This document shows positions 17,178-26,869 of a stretch of DNA of 33,017 nucleotides, piece after piece (the stretch's first letter is position 1; every line of letters starts with the position of its first letter). The translations under genes and the position numbers were made by a program. Origin of the DNA: Deltaproteobacteria bacterium (lineage in GTDB: Bacteria; Desulfobacterota; Desulfobacteria; Desulfobacterales; ETH-SRB1); contig DAOUSD010000002.1 in assembly GCA_030627405.1 (NCBI GenBank), positions 1 to 33,017 of the forward strand, given 5' to 3'. The notes under the pieces were generated by a model. That model was not told the DNA's origin. It did not search any database and saw only the letters and a list, made by a program, of their open reading frames with translations.

Positions 17178-18392
17178 TTATAAAAAACATACAGTGATAG
17201 ACCATAATGGGTATTTAACAGAATTTAAAACCCCTAATAATGCTACGGCTAAACAAAAAACAACAATAAAAATTATTGCATGTGGTGATACGAGTCCCGT
17301 CAGAAAGCTTGAAAATAAAGTAATACAAGGGAAGTCATCGCATATTCTTGGCAATTTAAAACCTATTTTGCAGAATGCAGATTTAGTATTTGCAAACCTG
17401 GAAGCAGTATACTCAAACAGAGGTGTCCCTTTAGACAGGGTTCCTGTATTTAGGTTGAATCCAAAAGCATTTGACATTATCAAAGAAGCAAATATCAACG
17501 TTGTGTCTCTTGCAAACAATCATATGTTTGATTATGGACATGAAGCATTCATTGACACATTAGACCTTTTGCAAAAGAATAATATTAATTCATTCGGAGC
17601 TGGTTTAACGTTAGAAAATGCTTTAAAGCCTGCTGTTTTTGAGACCCAAGGTATTAGATTCGGGTTTATTGGCTTTAGAGACAAGGAAGCCTGGTGGTTT
17701 AATGATAATGGAGTAATAACCCCTCAAATACAAAAAAAATAGTACTGAAAAGTATTAATGAATTAAGGCCTAAAGTTGACTGGTTGATTTTATCTTTGCA
17801 TTTCGGATGGGAATATCAGCTTTTTCCAAGTCCAAAAGACGTTAATTTATGCAGGTTCTTTATTGATAGTGGCGTTGATATAATTTTGGGGCACCATCCG
17901 CATTATCCGCAGGGAATAGAACGCTACAAGGATGGATTGATAGTATACAGCCTTGGTAATTTTATTTGGGATCAGAATCTTGTAGGACATACGAACTCCA
18001 GTTATCTGGCGGAAATATCCATTTTAAAGGACAGCATTCAAAGCGTGAAGGTCATCCCCTACCGCCTCAATAGCAACTATCGGCTAGAGTTGCTTAACGA
18101 TAATGGTGCTATAGAAGAAATAAATTCAATAGCTAAAATATTGCGTAACAAAAGAATATTAAATGAAAAATGGTACTTTATCGCTCGCAATAAAATAATA
18201 GAGCAAAGTATCAATATTACAAATGCCGCCTTGCAAAAAAAAATAAAAAAATTATTACAACTCATTAAAGTCTTATCCTCGCCGCGCTGGGTATACACGG
18301 CTATATCGATATTATTTTATATTATTACAGGTAGAGCTATTTGGTATGAAGTTAAAAAACGGGTTAAGAGGAAATGTAGTTTGAATGCTTAA
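17152..18392 (+). pseudogene. CapA/PgsA-family (PGA_cap, metallophosphatase-like) gene split by a frameshift in an A8 run
   Basis: ORFs 17152..17742 and 17784..18392 align end to end with the intact paralogue at 23784..24905 (ACGD, ANLEA, SLANNH, then SLHFGWEY, GHHPH, YSLGNF). The junction is caa aaa aaa tag at 17731..17742, and the downstream frame is -1. Confidence 0.8.
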
Positions 18393-19872
18393 ACTTGCAA
18401 AAGAATTAAAGTTTTTAGCCAAACATACCTTGATATATAGTCTGGGGAATTTTATGCAGCGGATTGTTTCCTTGTTGTTGCTCCCAGTATATACAAGATT
18501 CTTGACTCCTCATGATTATGGAGTTAAGGAACTTGTCGCCCTCTCAACGGATGTAATAGGAATACTACTGGCTACAGCTATTTCCGGGGCAATATACAGG
18601 TTCTATTTTGAATACAAAGATGTCAAAGACCGTAATGAGGTTATAAGCTCTGCTGTAATAACAATTGCTGCTTTTGGTCTGTTTGCTTTACTGTTCCTGT
18701 CTCTTGCTACCAAAACAATGGCAAAATATATTTTAGATTCACCCGATCTGTATTATTATTTCCTTATTTCCTTTGCGTCACTATGGTTTCAATCCTTGAA
18801 TAGTATTGCATATAATTATATCAGGGCCAACCAGCAATCATTGAAATTCATCATACTATCTTTCAGCAAAATGATAATGGCGATTTCACTTAATATTTAT
18901 CTTGTATGCATAGTCAAAATAGGTGTGCTTGGCATATTGATAAGTACGTTGACAGTTGCAATAATAATGAATTTCATTCTATTAGTGCCGCTGCTTAGAA
19001 AAACAGGTTTAAGTTATTCCTTTGACAAAATTAAAGCCATGCTGAAATTCGGCTTACCACTTATTCCTGCCCAATTCGGCGCATTTATTGTACACTTGTC
19101 AGACAGATTCTTCATAAAAGGGTACTGCTCTATTGCCGATGCAGGTTTATATTCACTTGGTTATCGGTTTGGTGCACTCCCTGCAAATTTTATATCAGAT
19201 CCGTTCAATCAAACATTTCAGCCAAGAAGGTTTGAATTGTATGAACAGGAAAACTCAGAAAAAGTTTTTGGGACAATATTCACTTACTTTGTTTGCTTAA
19301 TGCTTTTTGCTGGATTAGGTATATCTGTACTTACCAAAGATCTGCTTATGATTATGGCTGATGAGAAGTTCTGGTCTGCTTATAAAATTGTACCCATTAT
19401 TGTAGTAGCAACAACAATATTTTCCTTTCACTATCATTTGAACATGGGGATTCTGATCAGCAAAAAAACAAAATATCTGGCCTACATAAATTTTTCAAAC
19501 GGCTTTTTTATTCTACTTCTGAATTTTTTATTAATTCCTAAATATGGCGTTTTTGGCGCCGCGTATGCTACGCTTATTGCGTTTATTTATAAAATATCCT
19601 TAACATATTATTTCAGCAGTAAATATTATAAAATCCATTTTGAATTTATACGAATAGGAAAAATATTACTATCTGCTGCGGTTGTATATATATTAACGGT
19701 ACCGATTGAATTTGCATCAGTATATAATAGCTTTGTTGTTAAAATGAGTATTATTTTATTGTATCCGGTTCTTCTTTTTGGAGTTGGTTTTTTTACTGTC
19801 GAAGAAAAACAAAAGATAGTTGATTTTATCAAGCCGAAGTTTCTCACCGTGAAAAAAAGATTTTTGGCATAA
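18385..19872 (+). CDS. Polysaccharide/oligosaccharide flippase (Wzx-like, MOP superfamily)
   Basis: The 495-aa protein has about 12-14 hydrophobic helices. The N-terminus TLIYSLGNFMQRIVSLLLLPVYTRFLTPHDYG is typical of Polysacc_synt proteins. Confidence 0.75.
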   Translation: MLKLAKELKFLAKHTLIYSLGNFMQRIVSLLLLPVYTRFLTPHDYGVKELVALSTDVIGILLATAISGAIYRFYFEYKDVKDRNEVISSAVITIAAFGLFALLFLSLATKTMAKYILDSPDLYYYFLISFASLWFQSLNSIAYNYIRANQQSLKFIILSFSKMIMAISLNIYLVCIVKIGVLGILISTLTVAIIMNFILLVPLLRKTGLSYSFDKIKAMLKFGLPLIPAQFGAFIVHLSDRFFIKGYCSIADAGLYSLGYRFGALPANFISDPFNQTFQPRRFELYEQENSEKVFGTIFTYFVCLMLFAGLGISVLTKDLLMIMADEKFWSAYKIVPIIVVATTIFSFHYHLNMGILISKKTKYLAYINFSNGFFILLLNFLLIPKYGVFGAAYATLIAFIYKISLTYYFSSKYYKIHFEFIRIGKILLSAAVVYILTVPIEFASVYNSFVVKMSIILLYPVLLFGVGFFTVEEKQKIVDFIKPKFLTVKKRFLA

Positions 19873-19933
19873 TTGCTTAAAATATCCAATATCGCTACAA
19901 AGCGAAAACAGCCACCATAGTTTTGAAACTCTA

Positions 19934-20920
19934 ATGTATCAGCTAAAACCCCTAATTATATCAAGCCTATACCACCTGAAATATTTTGATATCTTGCGAC
20001 AATTCCAAAAAAAACGTGTGATCATTCTTATGTATCATCGGTTTTCACAAAAACTGGAGCCTTTTAAAATTCAACAAAGTATTTTTGAAAATCAAATTAA
20101 ATTCCTTAAAAAGAAATACAATTTTATCAGTTTAAAGCATTACTCTGAAGTCCTTAACGAAAAAAGAGACGACCTTCCTGATAATCCAATAATCATAACA
20201 ATTGATGATGGTTATCAGGACAACTTCACATTCGCATATCCTATCCTGAAAAAGTATTCTATCCCTGCCACAATATTTATTACCACTGATTTCATAACCC
20301 ATAAATCCTGGTTATGGTCAAATAAACTCGAATATATTTTGAAAAACTCAAAGCTGAATGAATTCGATTTTCCGCTGGGTGGTGACACCATTCAATTTCG
20401 GGTCGATGATTTCAAGAGCTGGCACAGGACCCAATTGTCCATATTCAATCATTGTCGAACCATAAGCAATATTGAGAAAGATAACATCCTGCGTAATCTG
20501 GCAACATATTTGAAAGTTGATGTCCCGCAGCAAGCCGTTGCGGATTTCGCGCCTTTAACATGGAACCAGATAAAAGAGATGCAGGAGCACACAATTGACT
20601 TTGGATCACACACATGCTCTCATCCGATTTTAACAAACCTTACCTCCGAAAGGCTGAAACACGAACTCATGGATTCAAAAAGAGAAATAGAAAACAACCT
20701 CCAGGTTCAAGTTAAAAGCTTTTGTTACCCCAACGGCCAACCCGAGGACATAAACGACAATGTCATAAGAGTTCTCACACAATCAGGCTATAATTGTGCT
20801 GTTACCACGGTTAACGGCTACAACAGGATTGGCAATGCAAACCGTTTCTTGTTGAACAGGACAAGTGTTCACAGCCAGATTAATAAGGGCCTGTTGAAGG
20901 AAGTCACTTGGAACTTCTAA
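19934..20920 (+). CDS. Polysaccharide deacetylase (NodB homology domain) family protein
   Basis: Motifs seen are ITIDDGYQDNF, GSHTCSHPIL and FCYPNGQ. Confidence 0.85.
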   Translation: MYQLKPLIISSLYHLKYFDILRQFQKKRVIILMYHRFSQKLEPFKIQQSIFENQIKFLKKKYNFISLKHYSEVLNEKRDDLPDNPIIITIDDGYQDNFTFAYPILKKYSIPATIFITTDFITHKSWLWSNKLEYILKNSKLNEFDFPLGGDTIQFRVDDFKSWHRTQLSIFNHCRTISNIEKDNILRNLATYLKVDVPQQAVADFAPLTWNQIKEMQEHTIDFGSHTCSHPILTNLTSERLKHELMDSKREIENNLQVQVKSFCYPNGQPEDINDNVIRVLTQSGYNCAVTTVNGYNRIGNANRFLLNRTSVHSQINKGLLKEVTWNF

Positions 20921-20949
20921 CCGCTCAAATCAACGCGAGAAGTATATAG

Positions 20950-22230
20950 ATGCCAACCCCTGATTCAATTAGAATTCTAACTGTAATTGTTCCAATCGTA
21001 CTTCTGGCAATGGGTATAAGAAGACCCGTATATGCAGTAATAGCATATATGATACTCGTTAAATGCAAAGTGGCCTCATATTATCCGGCTTTTGCTGCTA
21101 TGAAAGGGGAATTGGTCTTGGCGTTGCTCATACTGTGTGGGCTGTTTGTTTCATCTAATTTTGCGACCAAGCTATCTTTGAACTATGATCGCGTGAACAA
21201 GTATTTATTTTGTTTTATCTTGTGTGTCTTCCTTTCTTATACGGTAGCTTGGGACCACCAATACTCATGGGATAATGCGGTTTATCATTTTATAAAGGTT
21301 TTGTTTCTTTACGTCATGCTTTTGCCAACGTTATCTAGCGAACAGGATTTGAAAATATTTGTCTGGGGCTTCGTTTTGATGTTTGCCTATCTTGCCTATG
21401 AACCGTTTTATGGCTTTACTTCAGGTACTGGAGGGAGCCAGCAGATGTATGGAACAAACTATATTTCTGAGACTGGAATTCTTGCAGGCCATGTAGCACT
21501 GGCAAACAACATGAATCAGATGATACCCATTGCTTTTTTTCTATTCCTGTCAGTTCGTGAAAAGAGGTTCAAAATATTGGCGATTTTTCCATTGCTGATA
21601 TTCATTGTCGCTTTAGTCGGAAGTGGGTCCAGAGGTGGAGTTGTGGGCTTTATTGTTTTTTGCTCATTAATCGTGTTCTTCTCAGAGAACCGGCGAAGAA
21701 ACGCTGTTATGGCAGCGGTAGCAGTTGTTTTACTGTTTGCAGGCTCCGAGACCATCACATCCACGGCAAGTCGAATCGACGAGAGTCAAACTAAAGGGCG
21801 TCTCACTGGAATAACTCATGGGATTGGGATATTAAGAAAAGGAAATATACTTGGCGTGGGACCAGGGTGCTTTTTATTTGCACGCGGTAAGTATTTCAGT
21901 TTCACAATGGAATCACACAATATTTATGGCCAGGTCATTGGAGACCTGGGCATACCTGGAACGGTTGCCTGGTTTTTTTTGATTCGCCAGATTTTCCTAA
22001 ATCTAATTGCCTCCAAACGAAGATTAAAATCCTTGTCAATGGAGAATGGTTTTTTGTATAAGCTTGCAGTTGGTTTGCAGATCTCTCTAATTGTGAGATT
22101 ATTTATTTCCTTGGGTTCTCATGGATTGTACTTTTTTTATTGGTACATCATTGCAGCGCTTTCAATTGCAATATCGAAACTAGTCGAAAACATGGCTGAG
22201 AACAGGTCCGAATCTGTGGCTGTCACATGA
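20950..22230 (+). CDS. O-antigen ligase/polymerase-like membrane protein (Wzy_C domain)
   Basis: It is a polytopic protein with GSGSRGGVVGF and a large loop followed by further TM segments. Comparable proteins occur in exosortase EPS loci. Confidence 0.65.
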   Translation: MPTPDSIRILTVIVPIVLLAMGIRRPVYAVIAYMILVKCKVASYYPAFAAMKGELVLALLILCGLFVSSNFATKLSLNYDRVNKYLFCFILCVFLSYTVAWDHQYSWDNAVYHFIKVLFLYVMLLPTLSSEQDLKIFVWGFVLMFAYLAYEPFYGFTSGTGGSQQMYGTNYISETGILAGHVALANNMNQMIPIAFFLFLSVREKRFKILAIFPLLIFIVALVGSGSRGGVVGFIVFCSLIVFFSENRRRNAVMAAVAVVLLFAGSETITSTASRIDESQTKGRLTGITHGIGILRKGNILGVGPGCFLFARGKYFSFTMESHNIYGQVIGDLGIPGTVAWFFLIRQIFLNLIASKRRLKSLSMENGFLYKLAVGLQISLIVRLFISLGSHGLYFFYWYIIAALSIAISKLVENMAENRSESVAVT

Positions 22231-22355
22231 TCTAACGTACAAGGTCATTAAGATATCCTATCTTGTCTCCCCAATTATCTTTCTGGGGCAAAATCTGGAT
22301 TGGTCAATATGAATATGTTCTTCAATTTTCCAAAGACTGCTATTATGAGAGGGTA

Positions 22356-23723
22356 ATGATGTCGCTCCACAGTGCCTTTGTTAAGAATATTTCTTTTCCA
22401 CTCATTGCAAAAAGAGACGGACTGCCTCGTTTATACGAGCATCTGCAACGACTAGAAGTGAGCCAATTCTGGCCAAGGCAAGAAATCATGAAATTGCAGT
22501 TCGATCGGGTTAAGAAGCTTTTGATTCATGCTTATCAGTATACTGACTTTTACAAAAAACGATTCGATGATGCAGGCTTTGATCCATTTGGATTTACTAA
22601 TTTGAGTGAACTTTCACAAATTCCCTTTCTTACAAAGAAGCAAATCCGGGATAATCTTCAATTGTTAATTTCCGAATGCTACAAAGAATCCGAGCTTCAC
22701 TTTTCAGAGACAGGGGGGACAACGGGTGTTAAGATGAAATTCTATCGCGACAATGACTGTCTTTCCCCAAAAGAGGCTGCTCTCTACCGGTTTGAAAAAT
22801 GGGCGGGTTGGGATTTTGGGCAGCGGATGGGACTTGTCTGGACCGCGCAGCAGGATTATGTGGGGCACTGGACCCAAAAGGCGAAAATCAAAAACGAACT
22901 TTTTGGAAGGCAGATTGTTTTTCCAGCCGCAATATTGGATGACGAATCGATTTCGAATTATGTGAATCTTTTGCTCAGAAAAAGACCTGTAATGATAAGA
23001 GCCTTTACAAGCCCTATCTACGAGGTAGCAAAATATATACGAGATAACAATATCGACGACATAAAGCTGAAAGGTGTAATTACAACTGGGGAACCATTGT
23101 ACGATCACCAGCGCAGATTGATTTCATCAGCTTTTCACTGCGATGTATTTGATTCCTACCGGTCAAGGGAGGCTGGCCCTCTGGCACAGGAATGTGAGTT
23201 TCACAATGGTATGCACATTAACGCGGAATCTCTTTATATAGAAGCGGTTCAGCCAGCGAATCCTGATGCCTTTGAAGATGGAATGAGCCAGATTGTTGTC
23301 ACAGATCTTTTAAACTATGGGATGCCGCTAATCAGATATAAAATGGGAGACATGGGGATATTGTCAGATGAAAAATGCCCCTGTGGGAGAGGGCTTCCAC
23401 TTTTAAAGAAGGTAGCGGGAAGGACATCAGACATTTTTTATACGCCAGACATGAAATGCGTTACGGCAGGTTCCCTGGTATTGTATTTGGTTGATGAGGC
23501 GCCGGGACTACTTGGCCAGGTACAAATAATTCAGGATCAGCTTGATCACTTGATCATAAGAATGACTCCTGATCCTCCTCCAACGCAGGAGATTAGAGAA
23601 TATCAAGAGAACACCGTCAGAAGACTCTTTGGTGAAAAGATGAGAGTGACTTTTGATACTGTCAACGAAATACCTCCTGAAAAATCAGGCAAATATTTAT
23701 TTACAAAATGCCTTTTGCCTTAA
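22356..23723 (+). CDS. Phenylacetate-CoA ligase family (PaaK/CapK-like) adenylate-forming enzyme
   Basis: Motifs seen are SETGGTTGVKMKFY (P-loop-like), TTGEPL, YRSREAG, IRYKMGDMG and the C-terminal SGKY. The start was moved to ATG 22356, preceded by gagaggg; the track start at 22263 is TTG. Confidence 0.75.
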   Translation: MMSLHSAFVKNISFPLIAKRDGLPRLYEHLQRLEVSQFWPRQEIMKLQFDRVKKLLIHAYQYTDFYKKRFDDAGFDPFGFTNLSELSQIPFLTKKQIRDNLQLLISECYKESELHFSETGGTTGVKMKFYRDNDCLSPKEAALYRFEKWAGWDFGQRMGLVWTAQQDYVGHWTQKAKIKNELFGRQIVFPAAILDDESISNYVNLLLRKRPVMIRAFTSPIYEVAKYIRDNNIDDIKLKGVITTGEPLYDHQRRLISSAFHCDVFDSYRSREAGPLAQECEFHNGMHINAESLYIEAVQPANPDAFEDGMSQIVVTDLLNYGMPLIRYKMGDMGILSDEKCPCGRGLPLLKKVAGRTSDIFYTPDMKCVTAGSLVLYLVDEAPGLLGQVQIIQDQLDHLIIRMTPDPPPTQEIREYQENTVRRLFGEKMRVTFDTVNEIPPEKSGKYLFTKCLLP

Positions 23724-23783
23724 AAGGACTTGTGTTACGATTCTATTCACGTTAACTGTAATTGTGAGAGACCAAACAATACA

Positions 23784-24905
23784 ATGACCGATAAAGTCGT
23801 AAAATTGGCGGCAGTGGGTGACATTGCCTTGACCCATGACTATGACAACTTGCTTGAAACGGAAGGGTCCCATTATCCCTTTGATCATGTCAGGGGTTTT
23901 CTCAAGGGTCATGATATTGTTTTCGGCAACCTGGAAGCTCCGCTTTCTATTAGGGGAGAAACATTTCCCATGAAGTGCAGTTTGCGCTCAAATCCTCATT
24001 ATGTGGAAGGATTGAAAGAAGCTGGCTTTAACGTTTTATCCCTCGCAAACAACCATATCCTCGATTATAAGGAAGAAGCCTTTTATGATACGTTTGAATT
24101 TTTAGATAAGTTCAATATTAGCTACTTCGGAGCCGGGAGGAATATTAAGGAAGCAAGGAAGCCCGCGATTTTAGAAACCAAGGGTGTAAAAATCGGATTC
24201 CTCGGTTATTGTGACGTGGTTATTGATTCTCCATTTTACGCTTCCGACAATGAAAAAGGAATAGCTCCACTAAAACAGAGTTACATCAGGGAAGATATTA
24301 CACATCTAAAAAAGTTAGTTGATGTGACTATTGTATCTTTGCATTGGGGAATAGAAAACTGGTGCTACCCTTCACCTAACCAGATTGATATTGCACACAA
24401 CATAATTGATTTTGGCGTAGATTTAATCCTCGGTCATCATCCGCACGTACCTCAGGGGATAGAGAAATACAAGAACGGCTATGTAGCATACAGCCTGGGA
24501 AATTTCATCTTTTCCGATATACACTGGTTCTGGATGAATGAAGCTGGTAAAAAAATGTGCTCGGCTGTTAGACTCAATAATAACAACAGGGAATCAATTA
24601 TTTTAACTGTTTCTTTGGATAAAACTGGGATACAACAGATTGAGTCCACCCCCTGTCTAATCTCAAAGAATCTGCAACCGGTCTTAATAACTGACAATGA
24701 GTTTCTTAAAGAGAAGATAAATAAACTATCGGAGAAGTATTATATGGCTAATTATGAAAGGTTTTGGCGTCGTTACTCTTTAGTGCAAAAATATAAGACC
24801 TTGTCATCAAACATAACTAGGTGTCTTAAGAATATCCATAGGCTGAGACCTGCACATGCAAAAGAGCTTTTCGATATGGTAAGATCTGGTTCGAAAACGG
24901 TTTAG
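23784..24905 (+). CDS. CapA/PgsA-family protein (PGA_cap), intact paralogue
   Basis: Motifs seen are AAVGDIAL, FGNLEAPL, SLANNHILDY, SLHWGIEN, GHHPHVPQG and YSLGNFIF. The start was set at ATG 23784; the track start at 23730 is TTG. Confidence 0.8.
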   Translation: MTDKVVKLAAVGDIALTHDYDNLLETEGSHYPFDHVRGFLKGHDIVFGNLEAPLSIRGETFPMKCSLRSNPHYVEGLKEAGFNVLSLANNHILDYKEEAFYDTFEFLDKFNISYFGAGRNIKEARKPAILETKGVKIGFLGYCDVVIDSPFYASDNEKGIAPLKQSYIREDITHLKKLVDVTIVSLHWGIENWCYPSPNQIDIAHNIIDFGVDLILGHHPHVPQGIEKYKNGYVAYSLGNFIFSDIHWFWMNEAGKKMCSAVRLNNNNRESIILTVSLDKTGIQQIESTPCLISKNLQPVLITDNEFLKEKINKLSEKYYMANYERFWRRYSLVQKYKTLSSNITRCLKNIHRLRPAHAKELFDMVRSGSKTV

Positions 24906-24910
24906 ATTAG

Positions 24911-26071
24911 ATGCAAAAGAAGATCAAAATTGCTTATATAATAGATGAGCTAAATATCGGTGGTACTGAGAAACAGTTGGTCAGCACAATTGAACTTATC
25001 GATAAGAATCAATTTGAAATTCTACTGATCTGCTTGAGGCCCTCGCGGTATTTTTCTGAGATTGACTTGCAATGCGAAAAGATAATGCTTGACGTCTCTT
25101 CTCTGATAAGTAGCAACGGAGCCTTGGCTTTTTGCTCCTTGCTATCCTGTCTAAGAAAACGCGAAGTCGATATAGTTCAGACCTATTTTTTTGATGCAAA
25201 TGTTTTCGGTATACTGGCAGCTAAGCTTGGTGGAGTGAAACGAATAATATCCTGCAGAAGGGATATGGGGTTTTGGTACACTCCGAAGTTGGTGTTTGTT
25301 CTTAGAAGATTGAATAAGCTTGCTGATAGATTTTTGGTGAATTCGTATGCAATAAAGGAAAATATTACAAAACATGAACTCATTCCCGCCCATAAGATCG
25401 ATGTTATTCATAACGGAATAGATTTAAAACCATTTCAGAATAAGCATGATGCTGCAATGATTAAGAATAAGCTTGGTATAAATCACGGTGAAAGTGTTGT
25501 TGGGATTGTCGCAAATCTGAACCGAAAAGTGAAAAGAGTCGATTTGTTCATACATGCTGCGAAAAATGTCCTCCGCGAAAATAGGGATGTGTCATTTATC
25601 ATCGTCGGGGATGGGCATTTACGATGCGTGTTAGAAAGCCAGGCAGAGAATTCGGGATTAAAAGATAAGATCTATTTTGTGGGCCAAAAAGAGGACGTAA
25701 AGCCTTACTTGTCTATTTTTGATATCGGTGTGATATGCTCTGATTCAGAGGGTTTTTCAAACTCGATTCTTGAATACATGGCATCAGCTATTCCTGTAAT
25801 TGCTACTGATGTGGGGGGCAACAAGGAAGTAATAGAGGATGGCGTAAACGGTTTTCTTGTACCACCTGGGAATTATAAAGCTATGGCTGATAAGATTTGC
25901 AATATTTTGCAAGACAGAAAAACATATATACAAATGTCAAAAAATGCGAGATCGCTAATAAATAGAGAATATGATTGGTCTATCAAGATAAAGGAAATTC
26001 AATCGTATTATACAGAATTAATTTTCAAAAAAAGTGCATATAGGAAATCAAATGGAAAAATGTTTTACTGA
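24911..26071 (+). CDS. Glycosyltransferase family 4 (GT-B)
   Basis: Motifs seen are IGGTEKQL and EGFSNSILEYMASAIPVIATDVGGNKEVIEDGVNGFLV (EX7E). Confidence 0.85.
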   Translation: MQKKIKIAYIIDELNIGGTEKQLVSTIELIDKNQFEILLICLRPSRYFSEIDLQCEKIMLDVSSLISSNGALAFCSLLSCLRKREVDIVQTYFFDANVFGILAAKLGGVKRIISCRRDMGFWYTPKLVFVLRRLNKLADRFLVNSYAIKENITKHELIPAHKIDVIHNGIDLKPFQNKHDAAMIKNKLGINHGESVVGIVANLNRKVKRVDLFIHAAKNVLRENRDVSFIIVGDGHLRCVLESQAENSGLKDKIYFVGQKEDVKPYLSIFDIGVICSDSEGFSNSILEYMASAIPVIATDVGGNKEVIEDGVNGFLVPPGNYKAMADKICNILQDRKTYIQMSKNARSLINREYDWSIKIKEIQSYYTELIFKKSAYRKSNGKMFY

Positions 26072-26807
26072 ACCAAAAGCTATAGGATCACCTCCAAATG
26101 CTTTCAAAATTGCTATTGAATTTCTGGAGAAAATAAAAGCCATACATGTATTAGATTGCCCTGCTGGTGAGGGTGTATTTTCTAGTGCACTTCTTCAAAA
26201 GGGCTACAAAGTTGTAGCTGGGGATGTGTATCCTAAACAGTTTAAGTTGTCGGACATTTCCTGTGATTTTGTAGACCTAAATGATAAACTACCATATGAC
26301 AACAATACATTTGATGCGGTTGTATGCCTTAACGGTCTTCAGCGCGTTTGGGCACGAGGTCGAGCAATGCAAGAATTCGCCCGTATTCTAAAACCAGCTG
26401 GACATCTTATAATTTCTTTCCCCAATAATAGCGATTTGCGTCGTCGTTTGTTGTTTTTGCTAACTGGATCAGTAACTTGGAATGTTATTGGCCCTCCAAG
26501 CATTTGTTCGCCAGAGGTAGAAAATCCTGCAAGTTGCTTCCGATATCCTATGACATTAGCAAATGTACTAAGCGGAATAGATAGTGTTGGGTTTAAATGT
26601 GAGTTGATTCGTTCCACACATTGGTCTAAGAGTGCAATTGTCTTATCTCCTTTCATTCTATGGCTCAAATTGTTTTCTATACTTGCTCCGAAGAGGTATA
26701 AGAATGTGTTTGATAAGAAATTGTTTAGAATAAAGGAATGTACTAGCATAGATGCTTTGTTAGGCGCATTCCTAGTTGTGGTTTCCCAAAAACCAGAGTA
26801 CCGATAA
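26052..26807 (+). CDS. Class I SAM-dependent methyltransferase
   Basis: Motif I is VLDCPAGEGVF. Also present are the acidic loop VAGD, FDAVVCLNGLQRV and LKPAGHLIISFPN. ATG 26052 follows agga; the track start at 26034 is GTG. Confidence 0.75.
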   Translation: MEKCFTEPKAIGSPPNAFKIAIEFLEKIKAIHVLDCPAGEGVFSSALLQKGYKVVAGDVYPKQFKLSDISCDFVDLNDKLPYDNNTFDAVVCLNGLQRVWARGRAMQEFARILKPAGHLIISFPNNSDLRRRLLFLLTGSVTWNVIGPPSICSPEVENPASCFRYPMTLANVLSGIDSVGFKCELIRSTHWSKSAIVLSPFILWLKLFSILAPKRYKNVFDKKLFRIKECTSIDALLGAFLVVVSQKPEYR

Positions 26808-26869
26808 AACGACACTCTTTTCATTATGTAGCCGAAGTATTTAATTATTATTTCGAGGATAGATAAGAG

